This document shows positions 25,042 through 36,121 of a stretch of 52,941 bases of DNA, in pieces. Each line of letters starts with the position of its first letter. Position 1 is the first letter of the stretch. The stretch spans positions 1 to 52,941 of the forward strand of contig JANNXQ010000179.1 in NCBI GenBank assembly GCA_031409655.1, in the 5' to 3' direction. Position numbers and translations under genes: made by a program. The DNA comes from Chthoniobacteraceae bacterium (GTDB lineage: Bacteria; Verrucomicrobiota; Verrucomicrobiia; Chthoniobacterales; Chthoniobacteraceae). The notes under the pieces were generated by a model. That model saw only the letters and a program-made list of their open reading frames with translations. It searched no databases and had not been told where the DNA came from.

Positions 25042-26624
25042 CCCGTTACGATTTCGTGATCATCGGCAGCGGGATTGCGGGCCTCAGCTTTGCGCTGAAG
25101 GCTGCAGCGGGCGGGCGCGTCGCGATCATCACGAAGCGCAATCGCTCCGAGTCGAATACCAACTACGCGCAGGGCGGCATCGCTTGCGTGACCAGCGCGG
25201 AAGACACCTTCGAACTGCACATCCGCGACACCCTCGACGCCGGCGCCGGACTCTGCGACGAGGGCATCGTCCGCCGCATCGTGACCGACGGTCCGGCGCG
25301 CATTCAGGAACTCATCGACATCGGCGTACACTTCGACGAGCGCGCCGATGGCTCGCATGAGCCCGAACTCGCGAAGGAAGGCGGACACTCCAAGCGCCGC
25401 ATCCTGCACGCCCGCGACATGACGGGGCGCGAGATCGAGCGCGCCCTGCTTGCCGCCGTCGCCACACATCCCGAGATCGACGTCCTGGAAAATCACATCG
25501 CCGTGGACCTCATCACCCTCGCCAAACTCGGCCTGCCTGGCGAGGACCGCTGCGTCGGCGTTTACGTGCTGAACGACGCCACGGGTGAAGTGATCCCGCT
25601 GCGCACTGACCGCGTGATCCTCGCGACCGGCGGCTGCGGCAAGGTGTACTTGTACACCACGAACCCGGCGATCGCGACGGGCGACGGCGTGGCCATGGCT
25701 TGGCGCGCGGGAGCGAGCGTGGCCAACATGGAGTTCATCCAGTTTCACCCGACGTGCCTCTATCATCCGGAAGCGCGCGGGCTCCTAATTTCGGAAGCGG
25801 TCCGTGGCGAAGGCGCTCGGCTCATCGATGCGAAGGGTCGCACCTTTATGGAGCGCTACGACAAGCGCCGGGAGCTGGCGCCGCGGGACATCGTCGCCCG
25901 CGCCATCGACGCCGAGATGAAGCGCACCGGCGCGCGCTGCGTCTTCCTCGATATCTCGCACAAACCCGCGGCGGAAATCCGCGATCGTTTTCCGAGCATC
26001 TACGAGATGTGCCTCGCCAACAGCATCGACATCACCAGACAGCCCATCCCCGTCGTCCCCGCGGCGCACTACCAGTGCGGCGGCGTGCTCACGGATGAAA
26101 ATGGCGCGTCCACTTTGCCCGGGCTGCACGCGATCGGCGAAGTGGCCTGCACCGGTCTCCACGGCGCGAATCGCCTGGCCAGCAACAGCCTCCTCGAAGC
26201 CGTGGTCCTTGCCCATCGTTGCCACGAATCGCTGGCCCGCACCGCTCCCGCAGCGAGCCCTGAGATCGCGCTCCCTCCATGGGTCAGCGGCGATGCGCAT
26301 GACGTGGATGAACTCGTCGTGATCTATCACAACTGGGATGAAATCCGCCATCTCATGTGGGACTACGTCGGCATCGTGCGGACGACGAAGCGCCTCCAGC
26401 GTGCCGCTGCCCGGCTGCGCCATCTGGAGGAGGAGATTCAGGAGTTTTACTGGAACTTCAAAGTGACGACCGACCTCCTCGAGTTGCGGAATCTCTGCAC
26501 CGTCGCGTCCGTGATCGTCACCAGTGCGCTCCACCGGAAGGAAAGCCGCGGCCTGCACTACACCCTCGATTTTCCAGATGCCGACGCGGCCTACCGCCTG
26601 AACACCGTGCTCCGCCGGGCGTGA
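25029..26624 (+). CDS. nadB: L-aspartate oxidase
   Basis: GSGIAGL, YAQGGIA, EGGHSKRRILH, EFIQFHPT, ELAPRDIVARAI, HGANRLASNSLLE, ESRGLHY. Confidence 0.96.
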   Translation: MAEVTRYDFVIIGSGIAGLSFALKAAAGGRVAIITKRNRSESNTNYAQGGIACVTSAEDTFELHIRDTLDAGAGLCDEGIVRRIVTDGPARIQELIDIGVHFDERADGSHEPELAKEGGHSKRRILHARDMTGREIERALLAAVATHPEIDVLENHIAVDLITLAKLGLPGEDRCVGVYVLNDATGEVIPLRTDRVILATGGCGKVYLYTTNPAIATGDGVAMAWRAGASVANMEFIQFHPTCLYHPEARGLLISEAVRGEGARLIDAKGRTFMERYDKRRELAPRDIVARAIDAEMKRTGARCVFLDISHKPAAEIRDRFPSIYEMCLANSIDITRQPIPVVPAAHYQCGGVLTDENGASTLPGLHAIGEVACTGLHGANRLASNSLLEAVVLAHRCHESLARTAPAASPEIALPPWVSGDAHDVDELVVIYHNWDEIRHLMWDYVGIVRTTKRLQRAAARLRHLEEEIQEFYWNFKVTTDLLELRNLCTVASVIVTSALHRKESRGLHYTLDFPDADAAYRLNTVLRRA

Positions 26625-26643
26625 CGCGGACTGACGGGAGGGT

Positions 26644-26740
26644 CTCGTAATCGTAATCGTAATCGTCCTCGTCCTCGAACCGCCCGTGGATTTTCGAGGA
26701 CGAGGAGGATTACGAGGAGGATTACGAGGACGATTACGAG
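26644..26740. repeat. Palindrome of hexamer arrays
   Basis: (TCGTAA)3(TCGTCC)2TCGA at 26645-26678 faces TCGAGGACGAGGAGGATTACGAGGAGGATTACGAGGACGATTACGAG (26694-26740). Confidence 0.8.
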
Positions 26741-26842
26741 GACGGCCCAAGGCGCTGCGCCAACCCACCCGCGAACCCTTCGCGGGATTGTCACGCGGAG
26801 GGGGCTTGCGGTGCCCGCTCCTTTAGGCACAAGCTTCCCTCC

Positions 26843-29152
26843 GTGATCGCTTTCAGCGAGCTTCGCAGTCGCAATCCGGGACTCCCTCTCATGGTCGGCG
26901 GGGTCCTCGTCTCGGTGATGGCGCTGAGCTTTGCCGCCATCGAACCGCTCGCGGTGCCCGCCAAAGCGACGATCGCATTCTTTCTCCTCCTGCTCTCCGG
27001 TGCCCTGCTCTGGAGCGCGCGCCGGGTGCGCGCCCAGTGGACCACCGTCCACGAGCACGAGGAGTGGCTGGCGACGATCTTGCAAAGTATCGGCGACGCG
27101 GTGATCGCGACGGACCCGGCCGGACGCATCACCTTCATCAATCCCGTGGCGCAGACCCTCACCGGCTGGAACGAGCGCGACGCCAAAGGGCAGCCGCTGC
27201 CGAAAGTGCTCCGACTCCTGGACCGCGAGACCCGCGAGCCGCTCGAGAGTTCCGCACTCCGCGTCATGCGCGACGCCGCCGCACTGCCCCAGAGCCGGCC
27301 CGCCCTCCTCGTGGCCCGCGCCGGGACCGAGCTGCCGATCGCCGACAGCGCCTCGCCGATCCGCCAGGCGGACGGGGAGATCAGCGGCGTCGTCATCGTC
27401 TTCCGCGATGCGACGGCCGCCTCCGATAGACTGGCGGCGGAGGAGCGCGTGCGCAGCGAAAAGGAGTTTTCCGATACCCTTATCGATTCGATGCCGGGCA
27501 TCTTTTATCTCTACGATGCCCGGCGGAAACTCCTCCGCTGGAATCGAAACTTCGAGATCGTGACCGGCTATTCGCCAGCCGAAATCGCCCGGCTCGATCC
27601 GCTCGCTTTCTTCACCCCGGATTGCCGCGACCGCGCTCGTGAACGGATGCAGAAATGCGTCACGGAAGGACAGGCGGATGTGGAAGTGCATCTCCTCCAA
27701 AAGGAAGGCAGCGCAGCGCCGTATTACGTGACCGGTCGCCGGCTGGAAGTCGCCGGGCATCCGTGCGTGCTCGGCATCGGCATCGACATCTCGGACCGCG
27801 AGCGCGCCCAGACTGCGCTCCTCGCCACGATGCGGCGGCTCGGCCGCCAGACCGCCGTCCTCTCGGAGCACGCCCACGACGCCGCGCTCCTGGAGGCGGA
27901 CCTCGATACGGCGCTCCGCCACATCACGGAACTCGCCGCGCGCACCCTCGAGACGAGCCGCGCCAGTGTGTGGTTCTACGATGAAAGTCGCGCCGTCCTG
28001 CGCTGCGCAGATCTTTTTGAGACGCAGACCGGGCGACATTCCTCCGGCACGGAGCTGCGGGCCGCCGACTTCCCAGCCTACTTCCGGGCGCTGGAGCTGG
28101 AGCGCTCTCTGGCCGCCACCAACGCCTGCACCGACTCGCGGACTAGCGAATTTGCCGACGCCTATCTCCGCCCGCTCGGCATCGCCGCCCTGCTCGATGC
28201 GCCCATCCGCTCGGGAGGAAAGATGGTCGGCGTGATCTGCCACGAACACACCGGCGCGCCGCGCGAGTGGGCGCCGGATGAGCAGACCTTTGCCGGCTCG
28301 ATGGCGGATCTCGTGGCGCTCAGCCTCGAAGTCGGGCAGCGGCAAAATGCCGAAGCCGCGCTGCGCGAGGCGCACGATGACCTCGAAATCAAGGTGACGG
28401 AGCGCACCCGCGAACTGGCCGAAGCGAACGAGCAACTCAAGGAACTCGACCGGCTGAAAAGCGAATTCCTCGCGACCATGAGTCACGAACTGCGCACGCC
28501 GCTGAACTCGATCATCGGCTTCACGGGCATCCTGCGCCAGGGTCTGCCCGGCCCGATCAATGCCGAGCAATCCAAACAGCTCACGATGGTCCACTCGTCC
28601 GCGCGCCATTTGCTCGGGCTGATCAATGATTTGCTCGATCTCTCGCGGATTGAATCCGGCCGCATGGCCGTCGATCGCGAACGCTTTCTCCTCGCCGAAG
28701 TCATTGAGGAAGTCGCGCAGAGTCTGCGCCCGCAGGCCGAACAGAAATCCCTGAAACTCGAAACGCACCTCGACGATCCCACCCTGACGCTCTCCAGCGA
28801 TCGTAAAAAAACTTTCCAGATCCTGCTCAACCTCGCGAACAACGCGGTGAAGTTCACGCCCCAGGGCTCCGTGCGCCTCGCGGCGACGACGACCCGCGAG
28901 GCCGTGACGGTGGTCGTGAGTGATACTGGCATCGGCATCAAAGCGGAGCACATGGACCGGCTCTTCGAGGCTTTCCGGCAAGTCGATGGCTCGGCCCGGC
29001 GCGTCTATGAAGGCACCGGACTCGGCTTGTATCTGTGCCGCAAGCTGGTCACGATGCTCGGCGGAACGATCTGCGCCGAGAGCGAAAGCGGCGTCGGATC
29101 ACGTTTTACTTTCACCCTCCCCCGCCACCCCCCAGGAGCCACCAACCCATGA
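26843..29152 (+). CDS. Membrane sensor histidine kinase (2 TM, PAS-PAS-GAF-HisKA-HATPase)
   Basis: SIGDAVIATD (PAS), GAF ending GVICHEH, H-box MSHELRTPLNSI, NAVKFT, DTGIGI, GTGLGL. Confidence 0.93.
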   Translation: MIAFSELRSRNPGLPLMVGGVLVSVMALSFAAIEPLAVPAKATIAFFLLLLSGALLWSARRVRAQWTTVHEHEEWLATILQSIGDAVIATDPAGRITFINPVAQTLTGWNERDAKGQPLPKVLRLLDRETREPLESSALRVMRDAAALPQSRPALLVARAGTELPIADSASPIRQADGEISGVVIVFRDATAASDRLAAEERVRSEKEFSDTLIDSMPGIFYLYDARRKLLRWNRNFEIVTGYSPAEIARLDPLAFFTPDCRDRARERMQKCVTEGQADVEVHLLQKEGSAAPYYVTGRRLEVAGHPCVLGIGIDISDRERAQTALLATMRRLGRQTAVLSEHAHDAALLEADLDTALRHITELAARTLETSRASVWFYDESRAVLRCADLFETQTGRHSSGTELRAADFPAYFRALELERSLAATNACTDSRTSEFADAYLRPLGIAALLDAPIRSGGKMVGVICHEHTGAPREWAPDEQTFAGSMADLVALSLEVGQRQNAEAALREAHDDLEIKVTERTRELAEANEQLKELDRLKSEFLATMSHELRTPLNSIIGFTGILRQGLPGPINAEQSKQLTMVHSSARHLLGLINDLLDLSRIESGRMAVDRERFLLAEVIEEVAQSLRPQAEQKSLKLETHLDDPTLTLSSDRKKTFQILLNLANNAVKFTPQGSVRLAATTTREAVTVVVSDTGIGIKAEHMDRLFEAFRQVDGSARRVYEGTGLGLYLCRKLVTMLGGTICAESESGVGSRFTFTLPRHPPGATNP

Positions 29153-29550
29153 GCGCCCGCATCCTCCTCGTCGAGGACAACGCGACGAACCGCTATCTCG
29201 CGACCTATCTTCTCGAGCAGCACGGCTTCACCGTGAGCCATGCGGCGAATGGCGAGGAAGCGGTGGAGCGGGCCTTCGCGGACCCGCCGGACCTCGTGCT
29301 CATGGATCTCCGGATGCCGAAGATGGACGGCTTTGAAGCAGCGCGCCAGATCAAGGCAGAGGAAAGGCTGCGCCACATCCCGCTCGTGGCGCTCACGAGT
29401 TACGCCATGGTCGGTGATCGCGACCGCGCGCTGGGCGCGGGCTTTGCCGGCTACATCGAAAAGCCCATCGCCACCGAAACTTTCGCCGCCGACGTCGAGA
29501 AGCACTTGAGCCTGGCGGGAAGCCCGCCGAACATCCCCAAGAAGCCATGA
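29149..29550 (+). CDS. Single-domain response regulator (DivK/CheY-like)
   Basis: MSARILLVEDN, DLVLMDLRMP, ALTSYA, YIEKPI. ATGA overlaps on both sides. Confidence 0.92.
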   Translation: MSARILLVEDNATNRYLATYLLEQHGFTVSHAANGEEAVERAFADPPDLVLMDLRMPKMDGFEAARQIKAEERLRHIPLVALTSYAMVGDRDRALGAGFAGYIEKPIATETFAADVEKHLSLAGSPPNIPKKP

Positions 29551-31256
29551 GAATCCTAAGCGCCGATGACAAAGCGGAGAACCTCTACATGCTGGAAGCA
29601 CTCCTGCGCGGCCACGGCCACGAAGTGGACTCGGCCAGCGACGGCTTGGAAGCTCTGCGGCTCGCGCAGAGCGGGGCCTACGATTTCATTGTCTCGGATA
29701 TCCTGATGCCGCGCATGGATGGCTTTCAGCTCTGCCGCGAGTTGAAAAAGGATCCCCGTCTGCGCGGCATCCCCTTCGTTTTCTACACCGCGACGTACAC
29801 TGATCCGAAGGACGCCGCCTTTGCGCTGAGCCTCGGCGCCGACCGCTTTCTGATCAAGCCGATGGAGCCGGATCAATTCCTCGCCGCCACCGCCGCCGTG
29901 ATGGCCGAGGCCGCCCACCGGACGCCCCAATCGGCCTCAAGCGAAGACCACGTGCCGGAAGACGAGTCCATCTACCTCAAGGAATACAACGCCCGGCTCG
30001 TCTCGAAGCTGGAGAAAAAGATGCTCGATCTCGAAGCCGCGAACCGCGCCCTGCGGGAAGATGTGGCGGCCCGCGAGCGCCACTCCGCCGAACGCGCGCG
30101 ACTCGAGCGCCAGCTCCGGCAGGCGCAGAAACTCGAAGCCATCGGCACGCTCGCCGGCGGTATCGCCCATGACTTTAATAACATCCTCGGCGTCATCTCC
30201 GGCTTCGCAGAGGTCGGCGAGATGGAGTGCGAGGAAGGCGACACGAATGCGCAGATTTTTGCCCAAATCCTCCGCGCCACGGAACGCGGCCGCGACATCA
30301 CGCAGCAGGTGATGGCCTTCAGCAGTCAGGCCGATGCTTCCCGGGAAGTGCTGGACGTCGAGGAGGCCGTCAAAGAAGCCATCGGCCTGACCAGCGTGAC
30401 CCTTCCGCCGACGATCGAGGTGCGCGCGGATTTCGCCAGCCCGCTCGCCCCCATCCTCGGAAACGCCACGCAGATCCACCGCATCCTCGCGAACATGATC
30501 CAGAACGCCTGCCACGCGATCGGCAACCGTGCCGGGCATATCCTGGTTAAGGCCTCAAACTTTGAGGTGACGAAGGACTTCGCCGCCGACAATCCGACGC
30601 TGCAAGTCGGGCGCTACGTCCTGCTCACCGTCGCCGACGACGGCGGGGGGATGGACACCGCAACGCTCGACCGCATCTTCGATCCCTTCTTCACCGCCAA
30701 AGCCTTTGGCCAGGGCACCGGCCTCGGTCTTTCCATCGTGCATGGCATCATGAAAGCCTACGAAGGCGCGATCACCGTGACCAGCGAGCCCAATCGCGGG
30801 ACCGCTTTTCACCTCTACTTCCCCGTCCGCGAGACCGCCCTCGAGCCCGCGACCGAGACGGCGAATGCCGCGCCGCGTGGCCATGGCGAGCGCGTCCTCG
30901 TGATCGACGACGACGATGCCATCGCGCGTTTCACCTCCCGTGCGCTGGAGCGGCTCGGCTACACCCCGGAGGCCTTCTGCAAAGCGGAGGACGCGCTCAG
31001 CGCACTCGCCGCGCAACCGTTCGACCTCGTCATCACCGACCTGACGATGGGCCAATTCACGGGTCTGGAAATCGCCCGCAAAGTCTGGGACGTGCGCCCC
31101 GAGACGCCCGTGATTTTGATCACTGGCTACAGCGCCACCCTCGATCAGGCAAAAGCCCGCTCGCTCGGTTTCCGCGATCTCCTCTGCAAGCCCTACACCG
31201 CGCAGGAACTCGCCGAATGCGTGCGCCAATCCCTCGCGCAGCCAGTCCCGGCCTAG
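29547..31256 (+). CDS. Hybrid histidine kinase REC-HisKA-HATPase-REC (CckA-like kinase core)
   Basis: N-terminal REC (VSDILMP), [26 protein letters not shown]-terminal REC (ITDLTM...KP). Confidence 0.92.
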   Translation: MRILSADDKAENLYMLEALLRGHGHEVDSASDGLEALRLAQSGAYDFIVSDILMPRMDGFQLCRELKKDPRLRGIPFVFYTATYTDPKDAAFALSLGADRFLIKPMEPDQFLAATAAVMAEAAHRTPQSASSEDHVPEDESIYLKEYNARLVSKLEKKMLDLEAANRALREDVAARERHSAERARLERQLRQAQKLEAIGTLAGGIAHDFNNILGVISGFAEVGEMECEEGDTNAQIFAQILRATERGRDITQQVMAFSSQADASREVLDVEEAVKEAIGLTSVTLPPTIEVRADFASPLAPILGNATQIHRILANMIQNACHAIGNRAGHILVKASNFEVTKDFAADNPTLQVGRYVLLTVADDGGGMDTATLDRIFDPFFTAKAFGQGTGLGLSIVHGIMKAYEGAITVTSEPNRGTAFHLYFPVRETALEPATETANAAPRGHGERVLVIDDDDAIARFTSRALERLGYTPEAFCKAEDALSALAAQPFDLVITDLTMGQFTGLEIARKVWDVRPETPVILITGYSATLDQAKARSLGFRDLLCKPYTAQELAECVRQSLAQPVPA

Positions 31257-31315
31257 CGATCCGCGTGCAGAAAAAGGAGCGGCCCCGCGCGTCGCCACCC
31301 AGTGCGGAAAGCTCG

Positions 31316-31462
31316 ATGAAAGCAGCCCCCTCCTCGCCGCTCTGGCTCGGCCTGGATCTCGGCACCCAGAGCGTCCGCGCGCTGGCGGTGGCCGCCTCCG
31401 GCGGAGTGGCGGACCTCGGCTCGCATCCGCGAGACCATCGACCCACGACCGGCGCAGGCTGA
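31316..31462 (+). pseudogene. FGGY-family sugar kinase N-terminal fragment
   Basis: MKAAPSSPLWLGLDLGTQSVRALAV carries the GxDxGTxSxR phosphate-1 motif, but the frame stops after 48 aa. Confidence 0.65.
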
Positions 31463-31608
31463 GCGCGAAGGCCACCTGCGACTCGTCGCGGAATTTGAGA
31501 CGCGAGGCTGGTTGCCAGAAACTCTCGCAAGCCACTGCCAGCAGCGCCCTGCCATCTCCCACAGATAAGTGAAATCAGGCTCGGGCTCCGACTTCCGCAC
31601 TGCGCGCT

Positions 31609-32661
31609 CTACTCCTTCCACCCATGCGCGTCGCGGACGGCGATCATGGATTTGAGGATGTTATTCCAAGTGTCCTGGTTCTCCATCACGGCGTTCGGGA
31701 ACATGCAGCCGTCCCAGCAGAGGTGTTTGAATTTCTTCGTCAACGCGCCCGCTTCATCGCGCAGCCAGAAGCCGGCGACATGCGGGATGTCGAGCTTGCC
31801 ATTCGGATCGTCGGCGAGGCAGTGGCGGCCAGTCTTATCGTGCGAGCCGGAGCCTTTCACGGTGGCGTCGTTTTGGGCGACGTGGAAATCAAGAGTCCAC
31901 GGACGGAGCGCGGCGGTCAGGGTTTTCAGCGCTTCATCGAGCACCGACTTATCCTGCCAGTCATAGCCTTCGGGCAGAATGCGGTCCTGCTCGCGGTTGT
32001 AGCCGAGGGTGTAGAGAAGGGTGTGCGCCATGTCCGCCTGAAAGCCGACGACATCGGGGCGGTCCACCATTTCGAGCAGGCGGACCATTTCCTTCCACGA
32101 ATGCATGCCACCCCAGCAGATTTCACCTTCCGCTGCGAGCTTCTCGCCGAAGGATTCGGCGACATTCGCCGCTTCCCGGAAGGTGTGGGCGATGAGCTGC
32201 GTGTTCCCATCGGGATCGCGATCCCAATCGGTGACCCCGGCAGCGGAGTCGATGCGGACGACACCGTGCGGGCGCACGCCAAACTCCCGGAGCCGCTTGG
32301 CGATGCGGCAGGCCTTGCGGACCTGGCCGACGAAATTCTGCCGCTCTTCGCACGTACCCATGGCGGAGCCGCCACCCGTCGGCGGCCACACCGGCGCGAC
32401 GACGGAGCCGACGTTAAAGCCCTTTGCCGCCACCTTGTCAGCGATCGCCTTGAGCGCGTCGTCCTCGATGTCGATCGCCACATGCGGATCGAAAAGGAAG
32501 ATATCCACGCCATCAAATTTCACCCCATCGACCTCCGCCTTGGCGGTCAAATCGAGCATCGTATCGAGGTCGAAAGCAGGCTCGGAGTCGGGGCCCTTTC
32601 CGACAAGACCGGGCCACATGGCGTTGTGAAGTTTTGGGAAGTTATTGGGGTGAGTGCTCAT
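31609..32661 (-). CDS. Sugar isomerase/epimerase, xylose-isomerase-like TIM barrel
   Basis: 350 aa. [29 protein letters not shown] metal-ligand pattern. Confidence 0.75.
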   Translation of the reverse strand: MSTHPNNFPKLHNAMWPGLVGKGPDSEPAFDLDTMLDLTAKAEVDGVKFDGVDIFLFDPHVAIDIEDDALKAIADKVAAKGFNVGSVVAPVWPPTGGGSAMGTCEERQNFVGQVRKACRIAKRLREFGVRPHGVVRIDSAAGVTDWDRDPDGNTQLIAHTFREAANVAESFGEKLAAEGEICWGGMHSWKEMVRLLEMVDRPDVVGFQADMAHTLLYTLGYNREQDRILPEGYDWQDKSVLDEALKTLTAALRPWTLDFHVAQNDATVKGSGSHDKTGRHCLADDPNGKLDIPHVAGFWLRDEAGALTKKFKHLCWDGCMFPNAVMENQDTWNNILKSMIAVRDAHGWKE

Positions 32662-32871
32662 GGTGGGATGAGGAGGGATGAAGGTGAGTCTTGAGAGGTG
32701 CGCGCGAGGCTATTGCGGGCCGATGCACACGCAAGCGGAATGTGCGGATCACACTTTGGTGCCGGCGCATCTGCTTTCGGCAGTCCACTTCTCCCAGATT
32801 CCCTCGCCGCTGGATATCCGGCGCGCAGGAGACTACCGTCACCGACCTCCAGCATTCCCCCTGTCCTCATC

Positions 32872-34548
32872 ATGCACTCGATTTCCCCCCAGCGCGTGGC
32901 CCTCGCCATCTTCGTCCTTTTCACGGCGGAAGCCTCTGCGGATTGGCCCATGTATGGCCGCAATCCGCAGCACACTGGCCAATCGCCAGTCCGCGGACGC
33001 GCGCTCAGCACGATCCTTTGGGACACGCCAGTCGATCGCCACCCGGGGACTTTCACTCACTATGGGTCGCCTCTGATCACCGCTGGCAATACCGTGATCG
33101 TCCCGGTGACAACCGGGGAAGGTGCGGACTTTCTCGTCGAAGGCCGCCGTGGGGTGGATGGCGAGTGGCTCTGGGAGCAGCCCACCGATTATGTTACCCC
33201 CGAGTCTGGCTGGCGACCCAGCTTCTCTCCGGTGCTGGCCCGCACTTCACCCACCGCCTATCGCGTCTATATTCCTGCGGCGGGTGGCACTCTGATTTGG
33301 CGGGACGACGCCGATCACGCCACTGGAGCAACCGGCAAGCTGGCCTTCTTCGATAACTCGCCCGCCCTCACCAGCTACCTCGCGAACAAGGCGGCCTACG
33401 ATGCGAACGTGAAGATCAACACGCCCATCACCGTCGATGCCGCGGGCAATCTTTACTTTGGTTTCGAGGTCGCCGCGAGCACGGGTGTGCTTTTGCAAGG
33501 TGGCGGCATCGCCCGTCTTTCCGCCGTGGGCGTCGGCAGCTACGCCACCGTAAGCAGCCTCGCGCCCGGCTACACCAAACCCGCCCTCAATTCCGCCCCA
33601 GCCCTCACCCCCGACGGCACCAAGCTTTACGCCGCCTTCAACAATGGCGGCGACTTCGACAATGGCACACTCGTCCAGCTCCACACCGCCACCCTCACCA
33701 AACTCCACAGCTCTGGTCCCATCCCAGGGGTGTATAACTTTTCCACGTCGTCGCCCACCATCGGACCCGATGGTGATGTCTATTACGGCAGTGGCAGTGG
33801 CTCAGGCTATCGCGGCAAGCTCCTGCATTTTTCCTCCGACCTGCAGACCATCAAGTTACCTGGCTCCTTCGGCTGGGATACCACCGTGGCCATCGTCCCG
33901 ATCAGCTTTGTGCCAGGCTACACCTCTTCCGCCGGGTCCACCTACCTGCTCTTCACAAAGTACAATAGCTACACCTACAACGGTGGACTGAATAAAATCG
34001 CCATCCTCGATCCAAACGTTTCGCAGATCGATCCGCTCACCGGCCAGACGGACATGCTCGAAGTCCGCACCCTCGCCAGCCCTGGGCCACACGACGACGA
34101 GTGGTGCATCAACACCTCCGCGATCGACCTTTCCGCCCGGGCCATCTACGCCAACAACGAAGACGGACGTCTCTACCGCTGGGATCTTACCGACGGCACT
34201 TATACGAGCGTCCAGTTGGCCGGTCCGGGCGGCCAGCCTTACACGCCCACCCTCATCGGACCAGACGGCACCGTCTATGGCATCACCCAAGGCACCCTCT
34301 TCGCGATCGGCGCGCGCCCCCTGATCGACGAGCTGCCCGAGACGACTTTGGAGAATGACACAGCCAGCCTGCTCTTCAGCTTTTTGCGCGATCGCGCAGA
34401 CTTAAGCTACATCGTCGAGTCTTCCGAAGACCTGAAGATCTGGAACCACATCGTCACCGACCCAGGCACCGTCGGTGGCACCGTCACCGTGACGGCGCCA
34501 ATCCCGATCAATGCGGATCAGTATTTCCTCCGGCTGCGCGTCTATTGA
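32872..34548 (+). CDS. Secreted PQQ-like beta-propeller protein with Verrucomicrobia-type C-terminal domain
   Basis: Signal peptide ending AEASA, then [24 protein letters not shown] and [12 protein letters not shown] repeats. C-terminal [12 protein letters not shown]...YFLRLRVY. Confidence 0.7.
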   Translation: MHSISPQRVALAIFVLFTAEASADWPMYGRNPQHTGQSPVRGRALSTILWDTPVDRHPGTFTHYGSPLITAGNTVIVPVTTGEGADFLVEGRRGVDGEWLWEQPTDYVTPESGWRPSFSPVLARTSPTAYRVYIPAAGGTLIWRDDADHATGATGKLAFFDNSPALTSYLANKAAYDANVKINTPITVDAAGNLYFGFEVAASTGVLLQGGGIARLSAVGVGSYATVSSLAPGYTKPALNSAPALTPDGTKLYAAFNNGGDFDNGTLVQLHTATLTKLHSSGPIPGVYNFSTSSPTIGPDGDVYYGSGSGSGYRGKLLHFSSDLQTIKLPGSFGWDTTVAIVPISFVPGYTSSAGSTYLLFTKYNSYTYNGGLNKIAILDPNVSQIDPLTGQTDMLEVRTLASPGPHDDEWCINTSAIDLSARAIYANNEDGRLYRWDLTDGTYTSVQLAGPGGQPYTPTLIGPDGTVYGITQGTLFAIGARPLIDELPETTLENDTASLLFSFLRDRADLSYIVESSEDLKIWNHIVTDPGTVGGTVTVTAPIPINADQYFLRLRVY

Positions 34549-34602
34549 ACGCGGCGGCAACAACCAAGCGCCGCCCCTCCCTCGCGCCGGCCACGAACGC
34601 CG

Positions 34603-34772
34603 TTAGCAGGCTGTTGAAAAACCTCTGGGGCCTCGGTGGATGGCGTCGCTCCGCGCGCCATGACTCGCTTCGCGCGCCGCGCCACTCTCAAAGATGGGCC
34701 TGCGGCCAGAGTTTGGCATGATGCACGGAGCGACGCCATCCACCGAGGATGCGTTTTTCAACCGGCTGTTAG
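34603..34772. mobile_element. MITE copy 2 (inverted relative to copy 1) with TTAG direct repeats
   Basis: TTAG-CAGGCTGTTGAAAAA...TTTTTCAACCGGCTG-TTAG. Interior is the reverse complement of 6340-6510 with scattered substitutions. Confidence 0.88.
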
Positions 34773-36037
34773 TTAAATTTATTCTTTCGATACGCACCCA
34801 TCTTCGGGGCGTCGGGATTCACTTCGGGGCCGAAGTAACGCAGGCAGACGAGAGGCTCGGTCTCGCTCAGGTTTTCAAAAGTCACACCCGCCTTCGCCCC
34901 GGCTTCGGTGGCGAAGTATTCGTCTTCGGTCAGTTCGTGGAAGCGAATGAGCTTCGGACTGTTGAGCGGCTGGCCGTTGATCTTGCCGACGCCTTGCACA
35001 CAGATGAGGCCATAGGCGCCGTTATCCGTGATCGTCGTTGTGACGCCAGGATCGACGGTCAGTTCCTTCGCGGTGAAGAGCTGCTCTCCATCGACCTTGC
35101 CGTACACGATCCAGCGATCGACGAAACCTTCCTTGCGGGTGTCCGCCACGGGCACGGGCTCGAGGTAGTGGTTATCCTTGAACTTCGGGTCCACGTTCTT
35201 CGCCCAGTCGAGTTGCTCGACGATGAAGTCCAAATCCTTGTGGTGCTTCTTCGGCATGTCTTTCACGAGCAGCGCCCATGGCACTTCGCGGCCTTCGACG
35301 AGGGACTGGTACATGCCAAATACATCCGAGCCCCACTGCGGCTCATAGGTACAAAGTGAACCTGGCGCGTGCAGCACGCACGGGTCGATGAGCCAGCCGC
35401 TGCCGACTTTCAGCCGATAGGCCTTCGAGAGATCGAGGATGCCATTGTCGCCCTTGTTCCAGTTTTCCAAACAACGGCGCACCTCCGCCTTGGTCGTTCC
35501 GGGCTCGAAGCCCATGAAGGTGTAGGGAAAGTTGTTCCCGACGTTGTTATGCTGTGGCGGAAAGTAATAGGACTCCGGCTTACCTTCCTGGCCAACGAGC
35601 TTCGCCTGCGCGGCGCTCTGGTGCATGTGGTGCGGGATCGGCCCCATGTTGTCGAAGAACTTCGAGTACACCGGCCACTTCGAGTATTTCTTCCAGATCG
35701 TCGAACCGATCAGATCCGCGCCGCACTCCGCGACTGCTTGCTTGAGCGTAAAGCGTGACTTGCCCGCGACCACATAACTAAGGCCTTCATCCGGCGTCCG
35801 GTTGTCATTGGCGGCCGGGGTGGTGCTGGCAAACCAGCGCTCGTCGATCCCGCCGCGATTCAGGCCGTAGGCGTAGAGATCATCCGGATGCAGCTTCAGC
35901 CGTTTGCCCGGCTGGAGGAAACTGCGCGGCACCCAGCACGGCGCGAGGCGGAGCAGGCCGCGGTTTTTGTCGAGTTCAGAGGCAACGGCGCCGCTGACGT
36001 TTTTGGTGACGGTTTTGAGTTTCAGGACCGAGTTCAT
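34769..36037 (-). CDS. Cupin protein resembling class I mannose-6-phosphate isomerase
   Basis: GIDERWFAS, SKFFD...PHHMHQ, GKPESYYF, VLHAPG parallel the PMI metal-binding motifs. Substrate unknown. Confidence 0.6.
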   Translation of the reverse strand: MNSVLKLKTVTKNVSGAVASELDKNRGLLRLAPCWVPRSFLQPGKRLKLHPDDLYAYGLNRGGIDERWFASTTPAANDNRTPDEGLSYVVAGKSRFTLKQAVAECGADLIGSTIWKKYSKWPVYSKFFDNMGPIPHHMHQSAAQAKLVGQEGKPESYYFPPQHNNVGNNFPYTFMGFEPGTTKAEVRRCLENWNKGDNGILDLSKAYRLKVGSGWLIDPCVLHAPGSLCTYEPQWGSDVFGMYQSLVEGREVPWALLVKDMPKKHHKDLDFIVEQLDWAKNVDPKFKDNHYLEPVPVADTRKEGFVDRWIVYGKVDGEQLFTAKELTVDPGVTTTITDNGAYGLICVQGVGKINGQPLNSPKLIRFHELTEDEYFATEAGAKAGVTFENLSETEPLVCLRYFGPEVNPDAPKMGAYRKNKFN

Positions 36038-36121
36038 GAGTAGGGAGGGCGTGTGGGTAAGGGTACGACGCGGGCGGGCTTTATTTCAGCGGCCCTCGGG
36101 AGCGTCAAACCTTTTGGGCGC

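Noticed and set aside
18306..26624. pyc, dapF, panC and nadB as a coordinated aspartate-family cluster
   Set aside because: Mixed orientations, an unrelated gene in between and no shared regulatory motif seen; only panC-nadB are clearly coupled.
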